IMG/VR virus record: IMGVR_UViG_3300046779_001323
Span: 1 to 44,711 of that record
DNA length: 44,711 nt
Source of the DNA: a virus
Taxonomy: Duplodnaviria > Caudoviricetes
Strand: one strand, 5' to 3'
Shown one piece after another: positions 26,631-36,123 of this stretch. The notes beneath the pieces are model-generated. The model saw nothing but the letters and a program-made list of their open reading frames with translations. It made no database searches and was not told where the DNA came from. Both the position numbers and the translations under genes were made by a program. The first letter of the stretch is position 1. Every line of letters starts with the position of its first letter.

Positions 26631-27214
26631 TGCCTATACAACCGATGAAACGTGACCTGTCTCAAGTAGCTGAGCCAGTCATAACCGATGTAGATAGTGG
26701 CATTACTGCTATACATCATACACTAGGCCCTGCTGCTTTCCAGGCAAGCCCAGGTTCGCACCGTCATGACGGTACTGACTCTCACTTCATCGAGCTTGGG
26801 AGCCTAAAGGGGTCCTCAGTCGATTTTGTTCCATCTGGCGGTACTGACGGGACCCAGCCGACCTTTAGCGGGACTCCACTATTTACCGGAAGCTATACGA
26901 GGGTGGGGAACCTAGTCCACTTCGCAATCGACGTAGACATGGACAACATCACCAGCTTTGGCTCTGGCCAGTACTACATGGATTTGCCTTTTGCGGCTGC
27001 TCGAAACTACCTGTTCAGTGACGGGTGCTTGCACGATTTCTCCACAGGTGACGAGTATGCGATTCTGGCTCACATGCTGGGTGGCACTAATCGGATCACT
27101 TTGCTATCAACCGCCTCTAACGGCAGGCAGGTCCACTTCACTAACAGCGTGCCAGTTAACCTATCCACTGCTGATAATTTTCACATAGCAGGTACATACC
27201 AGATTGCTGAATAA
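26630..27214 (+). CDS. Putative minor tail/fibre protein
   Basis: HHTLG..QASPGSHRHDG N-terminus; fibre-head-like GSYTRVGNLVHF..MDLPF..IAGTY. Confidence 0.65.
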   Translation: MPIQPMKRDLSQVAEPVITDVDSGITAIHHTLGPAAFQASPGSHRHDGTDSHFIELGSLKGSSVDFVPSGGTDGTQPTFSGTPLFTGSYTRVGNLVHFAIDVDMDNITSFGSGQYYMDLPFAAARNYLFSDGCLHDFSTGDEYAILAHMLGGTNRITLLSTASNGRQVHFTNSVPVNLSTADNFHIAGTYQIAE

Positions 27215-27233
27215 GTAAGGTAGAATAAAAGCT

Positions 27234-27665
27234 ATGCCAGCACAAACCGTTATTAAACTACGCAGAGGTACTGCAAGCCAGTGGACCTCTGCTAACCCAG
27301 TGCTTTCCGCTGGTGAGATTGGTCTTGAAACCAACACTAATCGTACTAAGTACGGTGATGGTTCTACGGCTTGGAGCTCTCTTCCGTATTCCGTGGCAGA
27401 TGCTTCTGGTACTTCCTCGGTCGACTGGTCTGCGGTCCTAAATAAGCCTTCAACGTTTACGCCAAGTTCTCACACTCACGTCAAGGCTGATGTCACTGAC
27501 TTTGCTCACACCCACGTGATGGCAGATATCACTGACCTTGAGTTTCCTCCAACGACCGTGATGTCAGATACAGCCCCGACATCTCCAGCTCCAGCTACTC
27601 GCTGGGTTAACACCACTAATTTTATAGAATACATTTATTACGACTCCACATGGGTAGAGGTATAA
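27234..27665 (+). CDS. Fibre anchor/adaptor with Mtd-N-like domain
   Basis: IKLRRGTASQWTSANPVLSAGEIGLETNT..KYGDG..W..LPY; HTH(V) fibre repeats. Confidence 0.8.
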   Translation: MPAQTVIKLRRGTASQWTSANPVLSAGEIGLETNTNRTKYGDGSTAWSSLPYSVADASGTSSVDWSAVLNKPSTFTPSSHTHVKADVTDFAHTHVMADITDLEFPPTTVMSDTAPTSPAPATRWVNTTNFIEYIYYDSTWVEV

Positions 27666-27668
27666 ACA

Positions 27669-29609
27669 ATGGCAATAAACTTTCCTGATAGCCCGACAAT
27701 CGGAGATGAGTACACCGCTGGCGGGTTTACTTGGACCTGGACTGGATCTACTTGGTCAAAAGTTGGCGCTGGTGGCGGCACTGGTGGAAACGGTTTTAAT
27801 ATTTATGTCGGCGCTACCGGGCAGACCACTTTCACTTTCGCCGAAGAGAAGCCTGCCGGGACGTACACGATTACGTCTGCAAATAACGATACCGTTTACG
27901 ATATCTACTTTGTTACTGACACTAACACCAATGCCGGATACTCAAACAACTTTTCAATCGTAGCGAGCGATCCGTTTACCAAAGTAGTAGTTTACGGTGG
28001 TAACTCTGGGGACATTCTAAGGTTTGAAGAAGAAGAGTCAGTTGGCCCTTCGGGTAATGGAGATTTGGCCGGAGGCGCCTCTCCTTTTATTACCTCCATA
28101 AACCCAGGGAACATGCCCGTTAGTGGGGCCACAGCGGTTATTACTGGAGGAAACTTTGCGACAAATGTGCAGGTATCCCTCATTGGGCAAAACGGCGTTG
28201 CCGTACCTGTGACAACTCTAGTGCGCAACTCGGTAACTCAAATAACTATTACTCGCCCTGAGGCTCTAGATTCGCAGCAGGCTCCCTTTGACGTTAAAGT
28301 TGTTAACCCGGGAGTCCCAGAGCCAACTGCAAGCCAGCGACATGTTTTGGCTGATTCTCTAATTGCAGCTAACCCTGCAAAGGTTTACCGATTTAGCAAC
28401 ACTCGCTCGCAGGCGGTTGTTACTGGCGCTGTCATGGACACTGTAGGAAATACGTACGTGGCTCTGAGCGATAGCAACGGCGGAAGCGACGGAGGCGCTG
28501 CTCTCTTGAAGCTTGACACAAGCGACAATATCGTTTGGCGTAGAACTTGGCGAAACTCCTACGGTGGCGGCATGGCGCTAACCATCGACTGGAACGACCG
28601 CCTTTTTATGGGCGGTTTTTATGGCTGGGTTCCTGGTGACTACACTGCATTGTCTTTGCAGATATCTTCTTCTGGAAACGTTAACTGGCAAAAGAACCAC
28701 GGTGGTGGCCAGACTTATTCAGGAACGGGCCTAGAGACCAGGAATAATGGAACCCTTAGCGTTCAGGGATCGCAGTATTATGGCGATAACCACTGGTGGG
28801 TGCTTGACGGCAGTGGAAACGTTGTGTGGACAAAATCCGCTGGTTATGGAAGCTCCTACGGAAATGCTGCACGTTACGCTATTGGACCTAATCGAGTTGC
28901 CTTAGGCCGATGGACTAGGTTCTCGGTTTACGATGCAGCTGGAACCTACCTGTGGGGCAAGGACATGGGCTGGAGTGACCAGACCAGTAACTTGCATGTA
29001 GATAAAGACAATAACGTCTATCATCTTGCACGTTCAGGTGACCCGTCTGCAGGGCCACACTACCTAACGAAGTACGATCTAAATGGAACTATGCTTTGGC
29101 AGAAGACCATCTCTAGACCAAACAGCACTGGCGATTTTACTTCCAGCACTGGAAACATGGTTCGTACCGATAACAACAACAACGTCTACTTGGGCTTCAA
29201 CTACCGCAGTAATAGCGATGACGCAAGCAAGATGTGGTACGTAATTAAGTTTAATTCAACTGGATCAGTTATCTGGCAACGAAGCATAGATGTGGCTTCA
29301 GCGAACGATAACTTAGAGTCTGTTCACATCCCTTGGGACCCTAATGCTGACGTGCTCCTGCTGGGAGGTATGCAGGGCAGTGGCGCTAATGGAGGCGTTG
29401 TGAAGCTTCAGGCTTCTAGCGGAAGCCCTACTGGATCGGGAACCGTTGGAGTCACTTGGAACATTGCCGCGGGGGCTGCTGTTATCGCAAATGGCACAGT
29501 TACCCCAGGAAGCCACGGGGACTTTGGCGGAAGCGCAGGTCTTGGAACTCCGTCGATTACTCCGGGAACCAGCACTGGTCACAGCTTCGTTGTGGGAACA
29601 ATAGGTTAG
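27669..29609 (+). CDS. Tail fibre / receptor-binding protein (Ig-like IPT/TIG plus beta-propeller)
   Basis: MAINFPDSP N-terminus; PFITSINP..ITGGNF..DVKVVNP Ig-like domain; repeated K(Y/F)DxxGxxxWQ(K/R) blades. Confidence 0.8.
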   Translation: MAINFPDSPTIGDEYTAGGFTWTWTGSTWSKVGAGGGTGGNGFNIYVGATGQTTFTFAEEKPAGTYTITSANNDTVYDIYFVTDTNTNAGYSNNFSIVASDPFTKVVVYGGNSGDILRFEEEESVGPSGNGDLAGGASPFITSINPGNMPVSGATAVITGGNFATNVQVSLIGQNGVAVPVTTLVRNSVTQITITRPEALDSQQAPFDVKVVNPGVPEPTASQRHVLADSLIAANPAKVYRFSNTRSQAVVTGAVMDTVGNTYVALSDSNGGSDGGAALLKLDTSDNIVWRRTWRNSYGGGMALTIDWNDRLFMGGFYGWVPGDYTALSLQISSSGNVNWQKNHGGGQTYSGTGLETRNNGTLSVQGSQYYGDNHWWVLDGSGNVVWTKSAGYGSSYGNAARYAIGPNRVALGRWTRFSVYDAAGTYLWGKDMGWSDQTSNLHVDKDNNVYHLARSGDPSAGPHYLTKYDLNGTMLWQKTISRPNSTGDFTSSTGNMVRTDNNNNVYLGFNYRSNSDDASKMWYVIKFNSTGSVIWQRSIDVASANDNLESVHIPWDPNADVLLLGGMQGSGANGGVVKLQASSGSPTGSGTVGVTWNIAAGAAVIANGTVTPGSHGDFGGSAGLGTPSITPGTSTGHSFVVGTIG

Positions 29610-29619
29610 GATCTATTTC

Positions 29620-29946
29620 ATGATTTATATTTCTCCAGAAAATGAATACCCTCGCTACTACGGGGACATTATGCAGGCTGTTCCTGGCTGGGAGCTGGGC
29701 GATGATCTTCCGGAGGGCTGGGTAGAGGTTCAGGACGTTCCTTATCCAGTTCCAACTGAGGGCCACACCGTCGAAGAGGGCTTCCCAATTGAAGTTGATG
29801 GCGTCATGACAAGGAACTTCATTGTGAGGGAATTTACCGAAGAGGAAAAGGCCTATAACGCGGCTCCTGAGAGTGCACGTGCTCGGCTAAAAGCATTGGG
29901 CTTTACTGATTTTGAGATCACCGCTCTTAGTATCGGAAAAGTATAA
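29620..29946 (+). CDS. Putative tail fibre assembly/accessory protein
   Basis: Small acidic protein directly after the fibre gene. Confidence 0.6.
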   Translation: MIYISPENEYPRYYGDIMQAVPGWELGDDLPEGWVEVQDVPYPVPTEGHTVEEGFPIEVDGVMTRNFIVREFTEEEKAYNAAPESARARLKALGFTDFEITALSIGKV

Positions 29947-29999
29947 CTTTCACGGTAATTCCGCTATAGTAACCTTAAAGGAGAACTTGAAGGAAGACT

Positions 30000-30221
30000 A
30001 TGTTAGAAGGACTTGCCCCAAAGACAAAGGATGCTCTTTGCGTCTTGATGCGTAGAGCAGCAGACTTATCGGCAGAGGATTATCAAATTCTTATGGACGC
30101 TCTAGATGACCCTAGATGGTCGTCTAATGGACTAGCCGAGGCTCTTCGTGAGCGTGGCTTTGTAATTCACAAGAACGCTGTGGGTGAGCACCGCAAGGGA
30201 GTTTGCCCCTGTGCTAGGTGA
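30000..30221 (+). CDS. Small HTH-like, Cys/His-containing protein
   Basis: AAGGA RBS, TATAGT at 29965-29970; SSNGLAEALRERG..HRKGVCPC. Confidence 0.7.
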   Translation: MLEGLAPKTKDALCVLMRRAADLSAEDYQILMDALDDPRWSSNGLAEALRERGFVIHKNAVGEHRKGVCPCAR

Positions 30222-31182
30222 CATGAAGTTAGAGCCTAAGTGGGACACCGTTAGGCAAGCACAGCCAGTAAACATTACGGCTCCGAAGCCAGCTAAGCAG
30301 CTGAAGACTAAGCACAAGGTAGCTATCGCGTTACCGGACCCTCAAATCGGGGGTCGTTTTTTATTTGACAAAGGGTGGGACCCGTTTCACGACGAAGCCG
30401 CCATGGATGTTTCCCTTCAAATCGTCAGCTTCCTTGAGGAGACTGATCGAATTGACTGGGTTATCAACCTAGGAGATTTCCTAGACCTACCCAGCCAGGG
30501 TCGCTTCGATCAGGAAGCGGGCTTTGCTGGGACTACCCAACGGGCGATCGACAGGGGACATCTATTTCTTCAACAGCAGAGGGCAGCAGCTGGGCCTAAG
30601 GCAGAGATAGTGCTTATTGAAGGAAACCATGACCGACGTATGGAGAAGTACATTCTCTCCAACTCGGCTGCAGCATGGGGTCTAAAGCGGGCAAATATGG
30701 ATGCACTCCCAGTGATGAGCCTGCCTTATCTATTGCGTCTCGACGAAATTGGAGTGACCTACATTGACGCATATCCCGCTGGAGCCTATTGGCTCACCCC
30801 TAGCATCAGAGCAATCCACGGAAATAAAGCCAGAAGCAATGGCTCTACCGCCGCAGCCTACACAAACGCTGACCCTCACATTTCTACCGTCTTCGGGCAC
30901 GCACATCGCCTTGAAATCCAATCAAGGACCGTATTCAATCGGGATGAAGCTATCCGAAGCGTCGCCGTCAGTCCAGGTTGCCTATGCCGCGTTGATGGAG
31001 CAGTGCCTTCAGTTAATGGATCAACGCATGTTGACGGCACACCAGCAAAGTATTACGAGAACTGGCAACAAGGAGTAGCTGTCATCACGATCGAGAACGA
31101 CGTTCCATATGTGGAGCTAGTTGAGATTCGTAATGGCGTTGCTTGGTTCCGCGGAAAGAAATTCGTTAGTCAACGATCTTAG
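30211..31182 (+). CDS. Calcineurin-like metallophosphoesterase
   Basis: PDPQ, GDFLD, GNHD, HG and GHAH motifs; start set to GTG 30211 (AAGGGAG RBS). Confidence 0.9.
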   Translation: MLGDMKLEPKWDTVRQAQPVNITAPKPAKQLKTKHKVAIALPDPQIGGRFLFDKGWDPFHDEAAMDVSLQIVSFLEETDRIDWVINLGDFLDLPSQGRFDQEAGFAGTTQRAIDRGHLFLQQQRAAAGPKAEIVLIEGNHDRRMEKYILSNSAAAWGLKRANMDALPVMSLPYLLRLDEIGVTYIDAYPAGAYWLTPSIRAIHGNKARSNGSTAAAYTNADPHISTVFGHAHRLEIQSRTVFNRDEAIRSVAVSPGCLCRVDGAVPSVNGSTHVDGTPAKYYENWQQGVAVITIENDVPYVELVEIRNGVAWFRGKKFVSQRS

Positions 31183-31825
31183 GAATAGTGCCGTGCCTTC
31201 GGGCTTCGTCACGTCTTCTCTTGTCCTCAGCGTGTACCTTCTCGTCTGGAGCTAAGGTCACTGAGTCATGTGGCAATGGGTCGTACCTGTTGCCGTCTTC
31301 GTCTATCGGATGGAACGGGACAGAAGCATCAACTCCGCCGTCAGGCGTGGTTGGGCGTTCCCCGTAATGCTTATCATTCGCAGCATGCCAACGATTGTGA
31401 CATTCTGCACAAATGCGGTGAATGTTGCCCTCGACATTACGCATCGTGTTCTTGTCGGGACCGTGGTGAATAGCTTCGGCGGGGTGGCCTGGACAGCCGA
31501 TAATTGGCTCGACTCCACCACCAGCGTAGCGAAGCCAGGCCCACTCGCATACCATGCCTGGGTTAATTGGGAACTTCTTGGCAGCTTCTTTACGTCCTGT
31601 AGAAATCGGGTCAGCGTATTCATCCAGTGCTTTAGAGCCCGTGTATCCCTCAAAGTAAGCCTCAATGTCTTCTTCTACGTCGGAGATCGACCTACCATTG
31701 CCGTCTAGCGAGAACAGCCCTTCGCAGCAGCAAAAGGAGTTCTCTGCAAGGACTCCGTTCCACATGTCTTCACATTCATCGTGGAACGAAGCCTTGCAGG
31801 CGAGGCATACGGTCTTAGTTGTCAT
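31166..31825 (-). CDS. HNH endonuclease-like, Cys-rich protein
   Basis: IHHGPDKNTMRNVEGNIHRICAECHNRWH; N-terminal CxxC..H..C..CCC. Confidence 0.7.
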   Translation of the reverse strand: MTTKTVCLACKASFHDECEDMWNGVLAENSFCCCEGLFSLDGNGRSISDVEEDIEAYFEGYTGSKALDEYADPISTGRKEAAKKFPINPGMVCEWAWLRYAGGGVEPIIGCPGHPAEAIHHGPDKNTMRNVEGNIHRICAECHNRWHAANDKHYGERPTTPDGGVDASVPFHPIDEDGNRYDPLPHDSVTLAPDEKVHAEDKRRRDEARRHGTIPKIVD

Positions 31826-34301
31826 CCTTACCAAATTCTACCTTATAGAGGAACATACCACTGTACGCTCTACGGCCTTGACCGCCTCTAATAGGAGAGA
31901 TAGGAAGCCTCATGCGAAGCTCTCGGATGAACGGTGTCATAGCCAGCGGAATCTCACCGTTCTCCTGACACCACTGCTTGTAGGAGTGGAGTAGGTCGGA
32001 AGACTGAACCGAAGCCAGCGGGTTCTGTACAACACAGTCCTCGATGTACTTGGCGATGTGGTCTTCCTCGAAGCGGTATTCGGTAGTAGCCAGCTTGACA
32101 GAGTTAGGTTCGGTTAGGCCCTGCTTGAGAACCCTCTTAGCGCCCTCAATCATCCAGGCCAGTACTCCGCCACCCTCTTCCTTGAAGATGTCCTCAGCGA
32201 GACCTTGCTTCTGTAATCCCTCTGGGACCTGGTAGCTAAAGTCGATCTTGCGGAGTCTTCTCCAGAAACCTGAGCCACCGGAGCGAACCGAAGGCAGGTG
32301 GTTTAGGGCTAGGAATAGCGTGTGTGATGGCTTGAAGTCAAAGAAGTCCTTGTACATCTTGCGGGCAGAGATGATGTCTCCACCAGTAAGCATCTTGACT
32401 CGGGACTCGTTGAACTTACCGTCAGGGCGGGTCTCAGACGCTACTGCGAAGCGCACACCGTGCAGGTTAGCGATTTCAGTAGAGTGCTGAACCGAGTTGG
32501 TATCCAACAGGAAGTTCTCTGGCATTGTGCGGGCATAGGTTCCAAGGATCTTGGAGACGATGTCCAGCAATGTCGACTTACCGTTAGCACCAACACCGAC
32601 GAATACAGGCAGCACGTGCCACCTTACTTCGCCAATAAGGGCCACGCCCAAGAGTTCCTGTATGTAAGAAATCCTGTCCTCGTCCGTGATAACGAGCTTC
32701 AGGAACTCCTCCCATTTAGGCGTGGCTGTCTGAGTAGGCGCACAAGCGGTCTGCTTTGTGTTGAAATCCGCTAGGGGATCTGCGTCACGAAGCACGCCTG
32801 TTGCCAAATCTACAATTCCATTTGGCGTACACAGCTCGACAGGGTTAGCGTCGAGCAGATGTGGCTGGACTACGATGTCTGGGACAGACTCGGCTAGTCC
32901 TACTGCGCTGTTGATGGAAGCCCTGGAGAGCGAACGCTTAGCCCAGTCCAGGCCAGCCTTAGAAGCATCTTTAGCTCCGAAGGATAGCGCGGACTCAGCA
33001 GCAAGGCGCTCAATCAAGCGAGTGCTGTCAGGGATGTAAGCCGACTTGTCCCATCTGTACCAACCGATTTCAGGGACGAAGATGAACTTGCCGCGAGCTG
33101 CGTCTGCGAGACGCTCTGCGTTAGCAACATCTGTGTACTTGAAGGCATCCATAGGCAGCGAGATCGGTGCAGGCTCAGCGGATAATGCCAAGCTTCCGTT
33201 GGTACTTAGCTGCTCGGAGCCTTGCCCTTTTGGGAGGTCAGGAACCACGCTGAGGTGTAGCTTGTGTACGTGGTTGCGTACCTCTGAGGCGACCTTGGCT
33301 TCATCGAAGGTTGAAACAAGTTGCTTAGCCCACTTGAAAGCCGTCTGAACCTCTCCTGGATTCGGTTTACGGCGCTCGCCAGAGCTAAGCAGGTCTATGA
33401 ACTTGGCTTCTACTAAGCGAGACGCTTCAGTAAAGCCCTCCTCAGTAAAGCACCCATGACGAACAGACGCGTAGAGTTTGATAGCTGTCGAGACGAGCCA
33501 GGGGTGTCGTGCTTTAGGGTTGGACTTGTCAATAGTGTCCACAAGCTGTGCTGTCCAAGCACAATTCTCTGCGGCAACTCGCCACTCTTCTGGTGGTGAA
33601 ACAACCACAAACTCGCCAACAGTCGTGTTGTCAGATACAAATCCGTACGACTCGAGCGCCTCCACGATTTCGGCAATCGTGAGGGGATAGGTGTGGTCAT
33701 TGAACTCAACCTTCACTGGTACTGGGTTGTCAGCATCCTTGTGATTTATAGTACCTGGTGCGCGGAGCACACGTGGTAAATCAGAGACATTGTCAACTTT
33801 TCCGCCATAGATCTCGGCTACTCGCTGAATGAGCTGACCGAATCTGCGAGAGACTCCAGCAATCATTGAGCGGTTCATGTCGTGAACATCGCCGTCTTCT
33901 ACAGGCCAGTAGGGCTGAAGGCCATGTCCGGAGTGGACGATAGCAGCAGGCTGGCAATTCAAAATGTCAGACAGGGAATCTATAATCTGACGAGCAGTGT
34001 CCTCGTCTTTGATGCCACTGTCCTTGTAGTCCAGGTCAGCCCATAGGGCGTTCAACCTGGTGATGTCATTGACATCTCCTCTGGTGTTGCTTGAGGTGAT
34101 GGTCGACTCGTCTACTGAGTTCACCATGGTGTACACGTTCATACCATTGGCGGTCAGCGTCTGAGCAAAAATGTCTGCGTTCCCTAGGGGAAGCATCTTT
34201 GAGGTCCACGAGTTTCTGGGGCCGAAATAGCAGACGGTTACTTTGTCCGACTCGGTCTTACCTAGCCTCGTGAACAGGTCCAGAATGGGTCTGTCGTTCA
34301 C
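31815..34301 (-). CDS. Primase-helicase (RepB/AEP primase + D5/P4-family SF3 helicase)
   Basis: LWADLD, SGHGLQPYW, RVLRAPGT; Walker A GVGANGKST, VKMLTGGD, FWRR. Confidence 0.92.
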   Translation of the reverse strand: MNDRPILDLFTRLGKTESDKVTVCYFGPRNSWTSKMLPLGNADIFAQTLTANGMNVYTMVNSVDESTITSSNTRGDVNDITRLNALWADLDYKDSGIKDEDTARQIIDSLSDILNCQPAAIVHSGHGLQPYWPVEDGDVHDMNRSMIAGVSRRFGQLIQRVAEIYGGKVDNVSDLPRVLRAPGTINHKDADNPVPVKVEFNDHTYPLTIAEIVEALESYGFVSDNTTVGEFVVVSPPEEWRVAAENCAWTAQLVDTIDKSNPKARHPWLVSTAIKLYASVRHGCFTEEGFTEASRLVEAKFIDLLSSGERRKPNPGEVQTAFKWAKQLVSTFDEAKVASEVRNHVHKLHLSVVPDLPKGQGSEQLSTNGSLALSAEPAPISLPMDAFKYTDVANAERLADAARGKFIFVPEIGWYRWDKSAYIPDSTRLIERLAAESALSFGAKDASKAGLDWAKRSLSRASINSAVGLAESVPDIVVQPHLLDANPVELCTPNGIVDLATGVLRDADPLADFNTKQTACAPTQTATPKWEEFLKLVITDEDRISYIQELLGVALIGEVRWHVLPVFVGVGANGKSTLLDIVSKILGTYARTMPENFLLDTNSVQHSTEIANLHGVRFAVASETRPDGKFNESRVKMLTGGDIISARKMYKDFFDFKPSHTLFLALNHLPSVRSGGSGFWRRLRKIDFSYQVPEGLQKQGLAEDIFKEEGGGVLAWMIEGAKRVLKQGLTEPNSVKLATTEYRFEEDHIAKYIEDCVVQNPLASVQSSDLLHSYKQWCQENGEIPLAMTPFIRELRMRLPISPIRGGQGRRAYSGMFLYKVEFGKDDN

Positions 34302-34324
34302 AAAAACTCCTTAGTAGATAAGAA

Positions 34325-34364
34325 TGAGCCCCAAGAGGAAAGGAGACGAAACTCTTGGGGCTCA
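34325..34364 (-). ncRNA. Hairpin with anti-SD loop (candidate sRNA or primase leader)
   Basis: 13-bp perfect stem, loop UUUCGUCUCCUUUC, TGCTACAAT extended -10 at 34377-34369. Confidence 0.55.
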
Positions 34365-34378
34365 CCCTATTGTAGCAA

Positions 34379-34957
34379 TTAGATTAGCTCAAGTACTTCC
34401 GACTCAACGATGTCTTGAGGGATTTGAGTCGCCAGAGCAATCTGGTCGGCAGACACACCAGAAGCCGCGAGGCTCTTAGCTAGGTCTACCTTGTCCGCTG
34501 GAAAGTCGCTGAGCGACTTAGCCTTGGTCTTTGCTGGAGCCTTAGCAGCAGGTGCAGCCTTGGCAGCAGGAGCATCGAACTGGTCCTGAGCGAAGTAAGC
34601 GCGTGCCACCTTGGCGTCCTCTTCCGTGAACGGGGTGAGGATGAATGGAGCGGACTGACCTGGCTTTGAAGTGCCACGACCTAGTCGGCCTAGTACTGGC
34701 TTGCCGTTGCCTACGGAAGGCTTCAGGGTTCCAATAAGTGCAGCCTGGAAGAACAAGACGTTGTCGTGCTCCTCGTAGCCGTTGTCTCCGTCTAGGACGA
34801 CAACACGAGCCGCGATAGCATCGCTCTCGCCGTAGTCAGTCTTGATTCCGGTGCGGTATTCGGTTGGCCATACGAGCAGCAGGTGACCCTGGTAGTCGGC
34901 TGGCTTGAACTTGCTTCCAGCAGCTGGCTGGGAGAAGTTGTCCTCAAAGTACGTCAT
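34379..34957 (-). CDS. Putative ssDNA-binding protein
   Basis: Beta-rich N-terminal domain (GHLLLVWPTEY..ARVVVLDG), AKAP linker, small helical C-terminus; between exonuclease and primase. Confidence 0.55.
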   Translation of the reverse strand: MTYFEDNFSQPAAGSKFKPADYQGHLLLVWPTEYRTGIKTDYGESDAIAARVVVLDGDNGYEEHDNVLFFQAALIGTLKPSVGNGKPVLGRLGRGTSKPGQSAPFILTPFTEEDAKVARAYFAQDQFDAPAAKAAPAAKAPAKTKAKSLSDFPADKVDLAKSLAASGVSADQIALATQIPQDIVESEVLELI

Positions 34958-34969
34958 AACGTACGTCTC

Positions 34970-35743
34970 CTATCGTTTGTTGTAGGGGGTTGGTTGGTCA
35001 AATAAGTCGTCAGTTATCTGAGCGACTGGGGGATCCAGCGGTGGATAGTCTGAACATGAGAAGCAATCCTCTGAGGTCGCACAAACCTTCAAGAAGTCAT
35101 TGAGGGTTCCGTTGTCCCTAGCCTCAGCGGCTTGGCGGTAGATCTCGTTGACTCGCTCAAGAGCGTTTAGTGCAACCGCTTCATCGTATTTCTCATACCA
35201 GAAGTAGCCCGAGGTGAGGGAGATGTCATTTCTAGGATAGAACTTGACAGCTACCTCATTTACCTCGAAGCCTAGCTTGGTCCAGCCATACCCATACAGG
35301 TGTGCCTGTATACGGTATGTGTTGCCTGGGCCTTTCTTTGGGAGCGACTTTAGCTTCGTCGTTCCCACTACCTTATGGTCAATAACAGTGCCTGTCTCCT
35401 TATCAAACAGGTCACAAGAACCTGTGATAGCGGTGTCACCGATGTTGCCAATAGGAAGTCTTGTTTCAATCAGCCAACGAACAGCTGGTAGCTTCTCGTT
35501 AGCCTTGGCGAAGAACTCTTCAAACTGTGCGTGCACAGCAGTTCCAATGAACGGCAACCAAGGCATGTCCGACACATGCTCGATTGGGTACTTCTCCATA
35601 CCCATGAGCTTACGGGCTAGGCATCGCACACAATCTGAGCCAATCTCACTTGGCCCAATCAGCTTCTGTAGCGAACGTGGTTGGTTGACAATAGCGTCGA
35701 AGACTACGTCTTCAATCGCCTTGTTCACTGGATGGTTTTGCAT
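34970..35743 (-). CDS. Cas4-like PD-(D/E)XK exonuclease
   Basis: GPSEIGSDC, GTAVH, GSCD..IDHK, QAHLY, C-terminal CxxC. Confidence 0.88.
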   Translation of the reverse strand: MQNHPVNKAIEDVVFDAIVNQPRSLQKLIGPSEIGSDCVRCLARKLMGMEKYPIEHVSDMPWLPFIGTAVHAQFEEFFAKANEKLPAVRWLIETRLPIGNIGDTAITGSCDLFDKETGTVIDHKVVGTTKLKSLPKKGPGNTYRIQAHLYGYGWTKLGFEVNEVAVKFYPRNDISLTSGYFWYEKYDEAVALNALERVNEIYRQAAEARDNGTLNDFLKVCATSEDCFSCSDYPPLDPPVAQITDDLFDQPTPYNKR

Positions 35744-36122
35744 TGGTCTCCTTGTTTGCGACCATCTCTAAGTCGTTGATCCCGTTGGTAACAACTCGAG
35801 CAGCCTCTTCAATCTCTTCTGCGAAGGCGATTTGGACCATGTCCTGAACCGCTGGCGAAATCCAGCAGTTGATAATTGCTGTTGCAAATTCGATGTTCTT
35901 AGACTCTACCACTCTTACGAGCAGCATTGCAAATACCGTTAGCAAAGTGTTGGCTTTCATAACGGTTAGTGACTCATGATCTTTCAGCGACTTACTCTCA
36001 ATGAGCAGAGCTTCCTCTTCGCCGTAGCGCACAACCTCTGTTACCAGGGTCGACACCAAAGCCATGATTGCGTCTTCTGAAAGCATTAGCTTTTGTTCGT
36101 CGTTAGGTAGATCCTCCGACAT
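35712..36122 (-). CDS. Hypothetical protein
   Basis: AAGGAG RBS; tightly packed with neighbours. Confidence 0.75.
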   Translation of the reverse strand: MSEDLPNDEQKLMLSEDAIMALVSTLVTEVVRYGEEEALLIESKSLKDHESLTVMKANTLLTVFAMLLVRVVESKNIEFATAIINCWISPAVQDMVQIAFAEEIEEAARVVTNGINDLEMVANKETNAKPSSEQGD

Positions 36123-36123
36123 G

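Noticed and set aside
27234-29609. Diversity-generating retroelement, suggested by the Mtd-N-like domain
   Set aside because: No reverse transcriptase and no TR/VR pair differing at adenines was seen; Mtd-N is only a fibre anchor domain.
34970-35743. CRISPR-Cas system, suggested by the Cas4-like gene
   Set aside because: No cas1/cas2 and no repeat-spacer array; solo Cas4-like exonucleases are ordinary phage recombination genes.
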